A DNA stretch of 63,522 nt, filler included, from Hausera hauseri (lineage: Eukaryota), in assembly GCA_046269625.1 (NCBI GenBank). It is 11 parts of 11 records of this genome, joined end to end, with 100 filler letters (N's around TTAATTAATTAA, not from the genome) between each part and the next. Parts side by side here need not be neighbours in the genome. Positions count along the whole stretch, not along the records: positions 48,447 to 54,304 come from JBJURY010179084.1; positions 54,405 to 59,468 come from JBJURY010347601.1; positions 59,569 to 63,522 come from JBJURY010861299.1; 8 more parts are not named here. One strand, written 5' to 3'. Positions 49,005-63,200 of this stretch are shown piece by piece. A program made the position numbers and the translations under genes. Below the pieces are notes generated by a model, which did not search any database, had not been told where the DNA came from, and saw nothing but the letters and a program-made list of their open reading frames with translations. The number at the start of each line of letters is the position of its first letter. Within the stretch, counting starts at the first letter, position 1.

Positions 49005-51965
49005 GTTAATGACGGTTTGCTCAGCAGATTCGGCGGATCGAAGTCCGGAGTATCATTTGACTTATTATCGCACATTTCAACTTAAATTGAATTCGAATTA
49101 TAGTTTTAAATATAATTTATTTAATTCCAGCCCTTACTAATATAGTCTGTGGTTAGTTGTGTGTATAGCCAAAATTTACACACGAGGGAATATGTTGTTG
49201 TGAATTAAACTAATACATTTTAGATTGACTGAACATCAAGAAAACTCTTTAAATCAAATAATAAAAAACATTAGCTAGTTTAAAATTTCTAAGCTTTGAA
49301 TAAGTGCGAAATGCTGTTAAATTTAAAAACTCAATTCGTTACTTTGACTTTCTTGGCATTTTTTTCGTATTATTAATTAGCTTTATATTTCGCGTGTCTG
49401 TGATCAATTGTTATAGACATCCAGATTTACAGTACAATAAGTTTCCTTGTGAGAAGGCCGGTAATGTTTTATGTACATTCATCAAGACTTAGAGTCATGG
49501 CCTGACGTGGATCAAAAAAGTCCTGCTATGAAAAATTCTAGACTTTGTTGGATTTCATTTTTGCAGTAAGGAAAAGTTGAGAAAACTTTAGACTGTTTAT
49601 ATAGTTAAATTTAAGGCTAGATTTAGACTTACAGTTAAGGTTAGATTTAGAGATCAGTTTTGAAATGTTGAGTTCTGTGGATACCATGAGTTATAGAAAA
49701 ATTGGTTTTGTATTACTGGAGAATTATGTACAAGAGGGTAAATGTCAAATACTTAGAATTCTATTGAAATGTATAAAAAATCATCAAAAATTTGAGACTT
49801 GGTTAATCCGCAAATATTCGATTTTGTAGCATAAAAAACTAAAGTATTTTTTCATTCAAAATTTTGAACATTTTGTTTCACTACACTACTTAATAGATTT
49901 CACCTTTTGTAGTGTATTTTATAGCATTGGTTTATAATATATTGTAATTTTTATATAAAATTTACACGGCGTACTCGATACGAAGTTAAGTATAAAAATT
50001 TACGATAGGTGTTGAAAGCGAATGTTAAGAATTCATCGTCTTCAAATGAATAGTGAAAATCAATATTTATCTGACCGCAATCGCTTTATTTCACTAAGCA
50101 TTAATTGACACAGAAAACATCACGTGGAATTTTATCCTGATATTGATTGGCTTATTAAGACTGTTGCATAATGTAAGCATGTTATTTTATAATAGTAGTT
50201 ATATATAGTAGCTGCGTTGGTGTTTTAGTATGAGTAATATTTTTAAATTTGTATTTTTTAGTTCTCAAAATTTGATCTCAATTTTTCACTTAATTGCCAG
50301 TTAAAATAGACATTGTTTTATTAATGCGATGATAGCTATTATAATGAGTAATTCGATATTTTAATAGAATGGAATATAGATTTATATTGTCCGGATGTTT
50401 AAAACTGATAAAACAATCCATATTTCAATAATACATTTCAAAGAACTGAACGATTTAAGAGTTTCGAATATGTAATCAAATTAGTCTTCACTCTGCAGTG
50501 AATTTTAACGACTTGTCTCACTGTACCATTTACATAATTGTAATGAAAGAATTTTCAGATCACTGACAGGTGTCGGGTATTTAGAATGACAGTCACGTTT
50601 GAAAAATGTTAAATTCACACAAATTGATCAATTAAAGTGGTCATTGAATTGGTTAATTTCGCTAATAAGCTGCCAAAAGCGTTGCAGTTAAATGAATCAA
50701 ACGGACCATCATGATTCATTAGACAAGCCAAAATTGTATACTAAGTAAAATTGCGCAATTTACAGATTTCCTATTTGACAAACACGTGTTTATATACGTA
50801 ATTTAAACAGAAAATCGAGAAGTAAAAATGCCGTTTACCATGACGCATTTAAACTCACTGAGCAGTCTAAATATTTTCGATTTCGATTTGGCACGGTTAG
50901 GGAGTTACTCCACAACCGTTGTCTAACGAAATAAGCTACATTACGCACAACATCTTTGTGATCTTATTTCGTCGTCAACTTTTAACACAAATTTATTCTA
51001 TCGAGCATGTATTAGGGTTTAAAATAAACCTTAAAAATAATGAAATAAACTTTAATCTAAAAACCTAGAATAACAAAATCACAAATTCAAAACTCCAAAT
51101 TCAAATTCAAATCGAACCGATTATAAAACGAATATACGTTAACATTTATTTGCGTGATCTGAAAACAACATTGATAATTACATTTGACGGATTTGAAAAG
51201 TTTACAATTCCAAATGATTGACTATGACTGTGTATATTTGTGTATAAGTAATAAATCCTTATATATATCTAAATGTCTTCTTGTTTTGGTTATGTTAAAC
51301 TCCTTGATGGACATTTCCACCATTCCTGTAAATTGTAGAGCTGTTGTTATCCAAAGCGGCAAAGTAATCAATTAATCAAATAATAATTGAATAACTAATA
51401 CCAAAATAATTATCTTATTGTCTCCACATCCTCTAGATTTTTCATCCTTATGACATTGCTTGTATACATTAGCATTTCATAAAGAACACGTAGATTAATC
51501 GGTTGAAATGAAAAGAACAGGATTTCATTAATTCCATTAATTAAATGTCGTTAATTGATATTTGTCCTTCACAAATTTAAAAGTCTAAAACTCGCATTTC
51601 ACACAGCCCGTAATAGCCCGTCACGAATTGTTAAATTTAAATTCATGACTTAAATTCATGAAACTTTGAAGATCCAAAATTATATTTAATTATTTTTATA
51701 TCCTAAATTCTGTATATCAGAACAAATTGACGAGGATATTACATAATTATTTGGGAGAGAGCAATTTTAACAACACGTTTTATAAATAAATAAATATAGC
51801 GATAATTAAGATCTCACACCCCCGCTGTTTAAAAGGCGTTAGCTACGATATTTCTAACGACTTTCTTATTATTGCATACGTCTATTTCATAGCCCATTTC
51901 ATGAATCCTTTGAATAATTATTCCTGGACCTTCACATCTATCTTCATTCTTGGATTGCGGAAAAA

Positions 51966-52160
51966 TCATGTGTGCTGCATATTGTTACATTTATTTGCCC
52001 TGTTTGGATTTTCTTCATTTGCATCTATGAGTATTTTTGTTAAAATTGCATATTTGAAGCACAGGTTGTCGTGGTAGTTCATCACATTGATACACGACTT
52101 TGTGCTTTCAATCCAAAGCGTCAGGGGTATATAGGATGATCCATTGATTGTCATATACTT
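51966..52160 (-). pseudogene. Polinton protein-primed DNA polymerase B fragment
   Basis: GSSYIPL..I..KSCINV.N..DNLCFKYAIL, a motif typical of the Maverick pPolB N-terminal region. Confidence 0.8.
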
Positions 52161-52299
52161 ATTGGGTTTATTTTTATTTTACATAGAAAATTCGTTTTCC
52201 TCTTGTGTACGTTGATGGAGATGCGTAAAAACTTTGCAAAACACATCCATAATCAGTAAATGACGACCGATTGATTGAACCCGATTATGTTGAATTTCC

Positions 52300-52906
52300 A
52301 TGAAATTTTTTTCACCTTTGCCGATTTTCGACGTTTCTCATCGCACTTCCGTTTGGGAACGGGTTATTTTTATTCGGACACCATTATCGAATAGCGCTCG
52401 TCATGGGCATTCGTTTAATATACTACGCAACACTGGATTCCATCATCAGTGCACACACATATGGGTGTCTGTTACGTCATCGGTGCATCGTGCACCTTTC
52501 TTTCCGGTTCTGTTCGGTTACTCATCGCCCGATTTTTACGGGACAGGTGCCGCCTCACCGATACCATTTTCCAGTTCCCCATAAAACATATGCCGGTTCT
52601 GGATCACCTTTTCTCCATCGCCCCGTGCTTCTACGTTGCATATGATCGGTTGTTTCCTTCTTCATTCGATGCGTCATTGCTGTCCCATCATTTCTATGTG
52701 CCACACATGACCATGCACCAGTTCCTTCTAACATCCGCATTTTTTTCGTGCACTGCTTCCGGGGTGCACCGTGCACCTTTGCCCATGTGATTTTTGAAAT
52801 CTCCGTCGCCGAAATGGCAAACCCAGTACCTGTGTGCGCATCAAACATGCTTCTTATTGGCTACCAGGAGGAGGGAGTGATCTAGAACCGGCCTTTTTAT
52901 ACCACT
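52300..52906. repeat. GTGCAC-rich putative Polinton TIR next to the pPolB fragment
   Basis: Repeated ggtgca.cgtgcaccttt (~52481, ~52764). Ends gaaccggcctttttataccact (AGTGGTATAAAAAGGCCGGTTC on the minus strand), similar to the other termini. Confidence 0.55.
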
Positions 52907-53159
52907 TTTATGATATTAATAAAATCTTGACGTCTTAAATATGGAATCCATATTATAACACGTGTATAACACTTCATTTATGACATAGAAATCTCTTATT
53001 CTGAATATCACTTTTTATCTGTTGAATTTCTGTATCATTCCTTTGCCACTTATTTCAACAGCCCAGGGTCATTTCATGCAAAACTCGTATTTCTTGTTTT
53101 CCTAATTTAAGCTGATCGTGGATCATTTGACATTGAACACATTTGTCACAATGTGACCA

Positions 53160-54304
53160 TGGTGAGGTATATGAGTTAATGTTTTTCACCCTTTATATAG
53201 ACCTATTCAATATCCAAACTACTAAGATAATTCATCTGTGTCTGGAATTGTAGAGATATGGGTCATTTTGTTGATATCATAAAGGTTATTGCCCTGTGAT
53301 CCGTTCTTAGTTTAAACCATTAACTATATAAATAATGCTTAAAATGATCAGAAAAATAAACCACCAATAATTCCTTTCTTGTGATTCAGTGTCCTATTTC
53401 ATTTCTAAAAAGTGAATGAGACCAATAGGTTATGACATGTTCTCTACCCCTATCATCTGCTTGAGACAATACCGACCCTATGTGATCGAAACTAGCATCC
53501 GTGTCTAATATGAATGTCTTCGTAAAATGCCGAAATACTAAAATTGGAGCAGTGCACAATTTACTTTTCAAAATGTTAAAATATTTTTATGCAGTATCTG
53601 ACCAATACAACTTCTGTTCTTTAGACTTTCAGAGGCTTTCCAACGGTCTTGAGAATTTTGAATAATTTTTCTACAATAATTGCAGTCCCAGGAAACTTCG
53701 TAAACGCTTTACACATTTAGATTTTTCGAAATTCTGTACATTACTCACCTTGCTTGGATCCATTTTCAATCCATTTCTATTAAGCATGTGTCCCAACAAT
53801 TTAATTTCGTCTTACAAAAAATGACACTATCGGGATAATTTTTAACCCGGCTTATCTGATGCGCTCAAGCACTTCTTTTAGGGTCTGATAATGGGCATCC
53901 AGTATTTCTGAATAAATTAATATATCATCTGAGTACACAACTGCATATTTATAAATCAAATCTCCCACAGCTTTATTCATTAATTTCTGAAATGTGGGCG
54001 CGGCGGCAATTCCGAAAGGCATTCTATTGAAGCAGTACTGTTTAGTATTTGTACCGAAGGCTGTCTTAAGTTTTGAATTTTCTTCTAATTCAACCTGGTA
54101 GTACGCATTTACAAAAAAGGTGTTGAAAAAAATCTGGTTTTTCTTAAGCAATCTAATAATTCTGTGATCGGCATTGGGAAACTTGGTCTTAGTAATATAG
54201 TTAATGGCACGAAAATCTAAACATTCTAATATCATTAGTGTCTTTCTTATACACACGAAAGGACTATTTCATTCAGATTCACATTCTTTAATAATTTCAT
54301 GCCT
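53160..54304 (-). mobile_element. Decayed Ty3/gypsy RT-RNase H fragment (distinct family)
   Basis: CLDFRAIN, AYYQV..KTAF, RMPFG, VYSDDILI, FILDTDAS..IGSVLSQ, LRTDHRAI. Confidence 0.9.
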
Positions 54305-54879
54305 NNNNNNNNNNNNNNNNNNNNNNNNNNNNNNNNNNNNNNNNNNNNTTAATTAATTAANNNNNNNNNNNNNNNNNNNNNNNNNNNNNNNNNNNNNNNN
54401 NNNNCGATCTTCATATTGTTTTCTTTTTGTTTTTACTCAAATTCAGACAGTCGGACATGTATGAAAGCTTCTCATTGTTAGTTGCTCTTTTGCATTTTAC
54501 ATTAAAAAAAAGAGAAGCACCTGTTATTGTGGCCTCTCACTGGAAACGCCAGGTTTGTTTGCACCTCTCAAGCACTCAGCCCTGGTGCCATCTACCAGCT
54601 CATCCTTGAATGTGTTGTGTGCTTGTTTTCGGGCACAGCAGCTACAGCTGATACCGGAGGTTTACGTTTGCCAAATAAAAAGATACATGCATCGTTTTTT
54701 CCACTGTTTGAAGTTAAATTAAACCAAACTTCTTTCATTTTAGCTTATGTAGAATTACCAAAGTTATTTCTATTTGCTAAATGAAAGAAAACTTGGCAAA
54801 AACATGTTTTAGAATTTATTTTGTAACTTTCCTACTATTCAAATGTTTACATACATTTGGTCTGTATCACTGATCACTG

Positions 54880-55200
54880 TCTCTTACTTGGGTCAAGCGT
54901 TTCCTTCCATAAACTTCAGGTTGACTGACACATTTGAGTTCGTGGAGAATTTATTTTAACCTGTGAATTTATTTTAAGGCCACATTTGAAACAGGATGAT
55001 TTCTTGTTTGACGTGATGAGAAGCTCAGAAGAAATCAGTCAAAGTATCAGGAAGAGATACTTTGACTGCATAAGTCTGGTTCGTCCTTGGGAACAATTAA
55101 ATGATACTTGAAAGAGCCTCGTTCATCTGTTCAAACAATTATGCAGGTATAGATATGATGGGAACGTTGAACCATCATAATGTTCAAGAAGAAAACTGAA
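54880..55200 (+). mobile_element. Sleeping Beauty/Tdr1-like Tc1 remnant
   Basis: Encodes SEEISQSIRKR..HKSGSSLGTI..LKEPRSSVQTI..GNVEPS, matching the SB transposase N-terminus. Confidence 0.8.
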
Positions 55201-57709
55201 GACTCTCATTCTAATCCCTGCAGTCTTTGGAAAGCTGGAAAGGTCATTAAATGTTAATGTCACCTGAGTACAAATGTCTCAATTTAATTTGTTACAAATG
55301 GTATCCTTGCTGGCCAAAGCCTAAATTAATTTAAAATCCTGTGAGAGGCTCATGTTGTTTTTCAAAAGCATACAATATTTATTACAACATTCTGTATGTA
55401 TCCTTCATCATCCTTAGCGATGCTGTCTGGTTGTTTATCTTTGCAGATTTAATAGTTTGAACCTTGAATTACAAAAGTCATAGAAACAGCAGGTTATTCA
55501 TAAAGAAATCTTATATCATGTTAACCAACATGAATATCTTGTTGCTGTTTTGCTTAATGAAACAGATCAAACATAAACATGTATTTCTGACATGGACTGG
55601 ACCGTCGCTGCGAAGTGAACGCCAAGATGAAGCTTGAGAATTTGGTGAAAGACAAACCAAGAGGTCTAGACAGACTGCAGCTTAAAGTTCGCTGTATGAT
55701 GAGAAACATGTTGCTGACAGTGAAAGAAGACACAATAAAACATTAAAGTCTGTTTTATTCTTCACCAAATCTCATTATTTCTGACACTGAGGGGTTTTGG
55801 TCTGGTGACCAGACCTGTGTGGTGCACAGAAGGGAAAATGGGTGAACTACAGCCGTCTAATTATCGACGTTTAGGAAATACAGAATTATCAGATGGATCT
55901 AAATATTAAGTGGAAATGTTAAGACCAGAGAATTAAAATAATTGGTAAATGGCTTTGTACAAGTATGGTACCTTAACAAGTCCACAGGACCCCAAAGTGA
56001 TTCATTCATTCACCCAAACACTCACATTGGGAAGCTACATCTGCCACAGCTGCCTGTTTTATGGTATCTTGAAATCTATATTGACCGAGCTCCTAATGGG
56101 TGTCTTACAGAATCAGATAGTATTTTGCAAAGATTTGTAGTTCTTCAAGGCAAAAGAAATCTGAACTGGGTCACTTTAGACTGCAGTGTGAGTCTTAGAG
56201 AAGGATATCACAAATATCATGTTTTCTTTTTACTCAACAGGATTCATGCTCTTCGGGCTAAAGAGGCTGCAAAGTGTAATAAAAGCAATTCAGTTATCTT
56301 CTTTTTTTAAATCATTCATCCACACCTAATTTCATTTCTCTCTCATTTTACCACCAGTCTTTCTGTTCATGCTTTTAAATCATTTCAGTTCATCTTTCTC
56401 AGTTGCATCAGTTTTAAAAAAGAACATTTAGAATCAGAAAATCACTGGACACAAAATTTTAATGCATTTATTCAAGAAGATTTTTTTAGTATACAACAGT
56501 AGCGAAGTATTGAGGATGTTTACAAAATTTTGCTTGGTCTTAACTAAATTTATAGAGAATCAGTTCAAAGAAAAAACATATCTATTAGATGAATTAAGCT
56601 TGAAAAAAATAATTTGGTAGCAATGTGATTATTTCTATGAGCTAAGAAAGTAAGACATTATAAGAAGAAAATCGGGGCAAAGAAATCGTGTTGTGTGAAC
56701 CGGGCTTGGTTCATAAAACACAATTTTAGAATTGTCGGCTGATGGTCGGGCGATTTTCAAAACCTGAGAGACCAAACTCGATTAAAAATCGTAGGTATAG
56801 CATGTCCCATTAACGTTCCAATTCCTCAGGCACGTGCAGAGGGGGGGCTGGGGGTGCTTGAGCACCTGCCCTGTTTTACTTGAGTGCCCTGGCGCCCCCT
56901 TGAGTGCCCTTTTGGTCAAAATTATTTTGTCCTTCTCGAAAGTGAAACCGTCCGCCAGCCCCTGCTGCGCGCTGCAGCAGCTGGATGTCTTCAGGTAACC
57001 TCAGCGCAGATCCCGCCTCCTTTCACTCAAACTGGACACCGGCTGACCTGTATGGATATTTACATCATCCCTCTGTAGGGATTATGTTTCTTTCCAGAGT
57101 GTTTGTTAGTTATTTATTGGTCAACCCAAAAATAATCAATAAATCAATCTACACTGTATTGATGAGTCAAGCAGAAAAGGCTGAGCTTTTTGAATTGTTG
57201 GAAGTTTTTCTTAGCTGCAGATGCATCTTTTACTACAAATGATCAAACGTTCACTAAAAAGATGCAATGTTATTGCATTTTAGGCAAAAAAAAGAGTTCA
57301 TTTTCTTATGTATAAAAGAACTGAGTTATGTTTAACTACATTCTCTAAATATATTTCTGATATTATATAAATTAAGCATGAATGTTAATGTGAATCTGCA
57401 GAATGTGCCATTTTATTATGTAAAAACAGACCATGTGTGTGTTCAGGTGTATACAGAGGCGGTCCACTACAGCATTAAGCCGCTGATCAATATTATTATT
57501 ATTATTAGTTTCATGCAAAAACGTGAAGAAAGTGTGACAACTTTGCCGAAACATGTTGTTTGAGCTTTCACGGTGTGTGAGCATTCAGAAGAAAAAGATA
57601 ACCTTAATTTGGAACCGACATACTTACAGTCTTAGTTTCAGTGCATGACAGTTAATTATTATTTTTTTATTTTTTGCTGACTGATAAACAGCAGTGTATA
57701 AGAACTCAC

Positions 57710-57811
57710 CTTTTTGTAGATGGAGGTTTTTCCTCTGGCAGACAATCAGCAGAGCCGTCGCTAACAAGACGATCAGGAGGCCCAGACTCAGACCCACATA
57801 AAGCAGCAGAT
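57710..57811 (-). CDS. Single transmembrane-coding exon, possibly of a teleost CD300/pIgR-like receptor
   Basis: ttcctgcag|...|gtgagt boundaries, 102 bp, encodes DLLLYVGLSLGLLIVLLATALLIVCQRK. Family assignment is a guess. Confidence 0.65.
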
Positions 57812-58382
57812 CTGCAGGAACATTCACAGTTAAGATTATTTAGTTTATTACACCAACATGTTCCAGTTAAACATGCCATGTGCTTTAATGTTCCTCCTTC
57901 ATAAGCTGCTCATTAAAAACTGGATTTTATGTATTTAATTCACAAGACTCACATTATGTGTTAAATGATCAGATTCTCCAGGTTTTATTGTTTTTTATCC
58001 ATTCAGAGTTTTGTTGTCGTGTCCGTCCAGTAAACTACAGTTTCTCAGAGCTCTGTAAAGATTTTACACTTTGTGTCCAACATCTTGGCTGCTGGGACAA
58101 AAACTAAATATATAAATTACATCTGGTGTTCCTCTTCATGTGATTTAAAACTCATGTCGTGTTGTTACTCTCAGTTTAGGGAAAATAACTGAACAAACTG
58201 AATCATGAATAAGTATCATAACCATTACTTATTAGTTACTCCTATTATAATCATAATGTGAGTTATTACAGAGATTTCTGAAAAGAAACCAGGAATAATC
58301 CATTATTCTAATTATTTGATAACAAGTTACAGTTAATGTTTCACCTGTAAGTATTTCCACAAGTGTAAGAGTAAGTGTAAAT

Positions 58383-58570
58383 TGTCATGAAGTGGGGTTG
58401 AGGTGGTGAGGATGAACGCAGGCAGACCCAGGAGGTAGATGAAAAATGATGAATTTTATGAAAATGTCCAGGAAACAAGAGACAACAGGTGGGTTTAAAT
58501 ACACACGGGGTAATCAAGGGAATGAGACACACCTGGGAAACAATCAACGGGACAACGCAGAGCCAGAACA
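58383..58570. mobile_element. Fish-type LTR remnant
   Basis: Starts TGTCATGA and contains gggtttaaatacac..aatcaagggaatgagacacacctgg, typical of teleost gypsy LTRs. Confidence 0.5.
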
Positions 58571-60299
58571 CAGAGAACAGGACCAGGTCCACTGGCTCGT
58601 TACTGGGGGCCCGGCTGCATGCTGCCCGGCCTTCCTGATGACTGACTTCTGCTCGTCCTGCTGGCTCTGCTAGTGACCGGCCCCCAGCTCAGCTCCATGG
58701 TTCATCTCACACTTCAACACCAGTCTGATCTGCTGCCACCTGAAGAGTGACACCACTGTGACCACAGGATCACCTGTTCTCACTTCATGCAGCACTGTTT
58801 GCACAATATACATGTGGCATGTGGATTATATTTAAGTGCAATAGCCCTTCATTATAATAATGTGGAAATTCTGATACTGTCATTGATGTTCATATTTTAC
58901 TTTTAACTTTTGAAAAACTAACACAAACATGCCTTTATCTTACAATATTACTATTTGTTTTATTTTTAGTTTTTAATATAATAGTTAAAAACACTAAAAA
59001 TGAACCACAGGAGCAGAAAACTGAACTTTGTCCCCTTTTTCCAGGAAATAAAACCGTCTTCCCAGTCTAACGCCGCTTGGGCAACACTTTAAAAGAGGAA
59101 AACTTCTGAATAAACAAACCTTAGGAATACCGCAATAAATAAAAGAAAGTTTTAGATTTGCAGAGTAAAAACAAACATATAAAATGAGAGCGCACAGAGG
59201 GACACAGACGCCCAAACAGCAGAAAGGGAAGAAAATGGGCAAGAAGGGAAGAAGAGAGTAGAGGCGGAAATGTTTTGCGTTTCTCCTAAAACAAAAACAG
59301 ATTTTCCATCAAATGAGTGAATGCTTACTGACCCGACCATCCCTGGCTCAGCTCGGTTCGTGCTTCTGTCCGGAGAGTAATCCAATATTCCTGAAAACAC
59401 AGCAACAACAGGAGGGGCCCGACAGGCAAAACGGGGATTCTGCTGGTGGTGGTCTGCGCGAGGGAGGGNNNNNNNNNNNNNNNNNNNNNNNNNNNNNNNN
59501 NNNNNNNNNNNNTTAATTAATTAANNNNNNNNNNNNNNNNNNNNNNNNNNNNNNNNNNNNNNNNNNNNTTTCATTATCAGATTTGACCCAAACAGAAATT
59601 TGTGGCGCATTAATTTCGCCTGCATTGTCTCCGTCATCAACCAATTTATCTTCTGCTCCACAAACAAAGCAATACTTTGTTTTCCAAACAATACTTCAAA
59701 ATTGTTAATAGGTAACTCTGCTCTGGTATCGTTTACATCAGCAAATCATTCTTCCGCCGTACCAAATTCTATATATAGACCACTATTCGATACGCCGCCT
59801 CCGGCATAATTGTCTGTTTCAAAACCAAACCAACACACCTGGTTTTCAAATTTTCTTGGGAAATCAACATTCGGTACACCATCAAATTTGCAGTTTGATC
59901 CATCAACAAATTTTTCTTTGGTTTCATCAATTTCAACTATAAAATCATTCGACACACCTATTACGGTATTATCAACTCCTTCAAACCACGCCCCTGGTTC
60001 CAACTTTCCAATTTTTCCATCTTCATTTTTAAATACAGCACACATCCATACATATACCGCGAATCACAATACCTTAGGAAAATAGCTACATACTTCAATC
60101 TTACACGTCACCGACATGTCTGAATTTGTTTAGTTTTTTAACGTCTTCATCATCCGTCCACATGATCGTATGTATAGTTTTCTCTTGAATCCCTCTTCAT
60201 TCATTTGTATCACGCTTCAGTCTAAACTTCATGGTGGCTGTGACCCCAACTCTGACGATATTAATAAGTCGCCAAACATAACCTTCGTGTTGCCAACTC

Positions 60300-63200
60300 T
60301 TTCCTCTTTACCAACAATAGTTGCACATCTACAATCAACAAACCCATCAAACAACGAGAACAATATAGTTCATCAAATTCAAAATCTGCAAGCCGATAAT
60401 GCGGTCCTACATCAAGCAATGTCGTCCATCTCTAGCAAAATTGACGCTTTGTCTCTACCGCGTCGCGATCGGTTTAGCGCGGATCGAAGCAGACAGTTGT
60501 CTGCAAACTCTAGGCACAGTCAGTCACCTTCGAGACAAATGGTGTAATATTATCACACCAAATTCATCGAAATGCCAAAAAATGCTGTATAGGCTACAGG
60601 TTCTAGACGCAGCGTTTCCAATCACACGATGCGGTCTGCATCTATCACAGCAAGTTTAAAGACAATGCAAAACGCTGTTTACCTGGGTGTAAGTTTTACA
60701 CCCTGAAAACTCCAACGTCTTCATTTATTCAAAAAAAAAACGAATAAAGCCGTCAGAAACTACGGAAACCTCTGGAAAAGGCCATTTTTCATCACTTAAT
60801 CGCCGTACCAACGCTGTTTTCTTTTGGACGCTGCACTGACATCTTTTCCGCACCACACCAAATTTCTGATTGACTCGGATACTGCCGTCTCATTACTTCC
60901 TTTATCCTTCAACTCTTTAAAAATACTTCCCACGTCTGCCAGACTTTTCACTGACAGTGGGCAAGCTTTACACATTTCTGGTACTGCAGAATTTTTTTTT
61001 ACTTTAGCACATTTCTCTGAAGTTTTCCGATGGAAATTCATTGTCGCTGACATCAAAACTCCTATATTAGGTTCTGATTTTCTATCACATCACAATTTAC
61101 TTGTCGACTGCAGAGAGCATCGTGTCATCAAAAATACAATCGATAATACAAAATCACAAAACGGTATACAGCCTGTCGCGAATCTTGCTGCGATGATGAA
61201 ATCGATATTAAGGAAATCTGTAATCAAACTAAATGAATTGAATGTCGGTAATTCCGATTGTGACGATTCTATTTATGCAATAACTAGAAAATAACTGCTA
61301 ATTCAATCATGACTTCTCAGCCTGCATCTCCATTCTTAAAACTAGATTCAGCTCTTCGCGATTACATAACAACTTCTTGTGCCAGAACATTAAAGAAAGA
61401 CCCCAACGTTAAACCTGCTTCTACAACGTACCATTACATCGTCACTGAACACCAAAGGCCAATTAAACAGAAGGTTAGGCCACTTTCTCCATGCAGACGC
61501 AAAGCGGTAGAGTTGGAATTTAATGAATTAAAAAAGGCAGGAATTATAAGAAGATCAAAGTCACCTTGGGCCTACCTCTAAACGTAGTAGCCAAGAAGGA
61601 CGGTACTTTAAGGCCCTGTGGCGATTACCGCCAATGAACACCATTACGGTAACTGACACATATCTATTACCTCTCATCAATGATATCCTACACAGACTCA
61701 ATGGCAACACCATAGTTTTATCCATCGATCTTCATAAAGCCTACCATCAGATTCCTGTTTCACCCGCCGTCATACCGAAAACGTCTGTAACAACACCTTC
61801 CGGCCTTTTTGAGTATGTTTTCATGCCATTCGGACTTCGTAGTGCCTCTCAAACATTCCAAAGGCACATAGATACAGTGCTCCCCGGTCCAAACTTTGCG
61901 TTCCCATATATAGACAACATACTCATCTCAGCGTCGTCTCCCAAACAGCATTCTGAGCATTTACGCATAGTTTTTCAACGCCTTCACTAAAATAATTTAG
62001 AAGTAAATTTTGCCAAATGTTTCTTTTTTCAACACAATATCCATTTCCATGGTCATGTCATGACCAAATTTGGCCACTCTCCTCAGCAAAACCACACAAC
62101 TCAGCTTAAGAACATACAATTGCCCCGAACAAAAACTCATATGCGCTCTTTTTTGGCGCAATCCACTTTGTTCACAAATATGCGCCACATTGCTCTAAAT
62201 TAACCGCACCGTTTGCATTTTTATTGTCTGGGAAGAAGAAACAGTTAATTCACTGGACTCCCGAACTTGTCAACCAGTTTGACGATTTACGTAAAAGTTT
62301 AAAAAGTGTCGAAATTCTAGCGTGCCCCAAGCCTGTCGCAGAGCTGATATTAACCACAGATTCCTCGACCACAGCAGTCGGCGCAATACTGCATCAAATA
62401 TGTAATGGTGTCAACCAGCCTCTGAAATTTTATTCTCGGAAACTTACACCACCAGAAAGTCGTTATTCAACTTTCGACAGAGAGTTCTTAGCCATAGTAT
62501 TAGCTCTAAAATACTTCTCGCATCTGTTATTTGCCATGTCTTTTACGATCCAAACAGACCACAAACCACTGCTTTGCATTATGGACTTGAAAGCCCCTTC
62601 ACCCCGACAGGAACGTCACATATCGTACTTGTCGACTTTCAGTTTCAAAATGGTACATATTTCAGGCACTAACAGTCTAGTTGCCGATTTTTTATCAAGA
62701 TCGGTTAACATCATAGGAATCACGCCGATTTTTTCACAAACTGTGCTTCAGCAGAACGTGCCAACGCAGGATATTCTTAAATCCTTTAAATCACACCAAA
62801 TCATTGACGGCGTGGCCCATGACACTTCTAAACCCGGCCATCACAAACCTATACTATCTTCATCTTTGCAGAGAACTACATTTCATAGCATGCATTCTCT
62901 TCATTATCCGGGCGCTAAAGCAACTTTTCAGCTCTTACAACGCAACGTTATATGGCCGTCAATGGGATCAGACGTACAGGCGTGGATTAGGGAGTGTGTG
63001 GCATTCCAGAATTTCAAAACTAACATACATCTAAAGCCACCCCTTTATCATTTCCCCTGTACATCGCGTTTCAAATCCGTGCATATTGACCTGGTCGGCC
63101 TTCTTCGACCAAATAACGGTCATCAATTCATATTGACCATGATGGACCGTGCTTCTCCATGGCCAGAGGCCATTCCATTACGCTCCACCAACATAGACAC

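Larger units (their letters stand above)
54405..59468. other. Probable teleost fish genomic contig (host or contaminant)
   Basis: Sleeping-Beauty-type Tc1 remnant, fish-type LTR and hAT-like MITE sequence, a spliced TM exon, and visibly lower CpG content than the other contigs. Confidence 0.8.

Noticed and set aside
59569-60140. Ser/Thr/Phe-rich frame reminiscent of an FG-nucleoporin
   Set aside because: Too few FG motifs, an internal stop, and an equally open antisense frame; cannot be supported.
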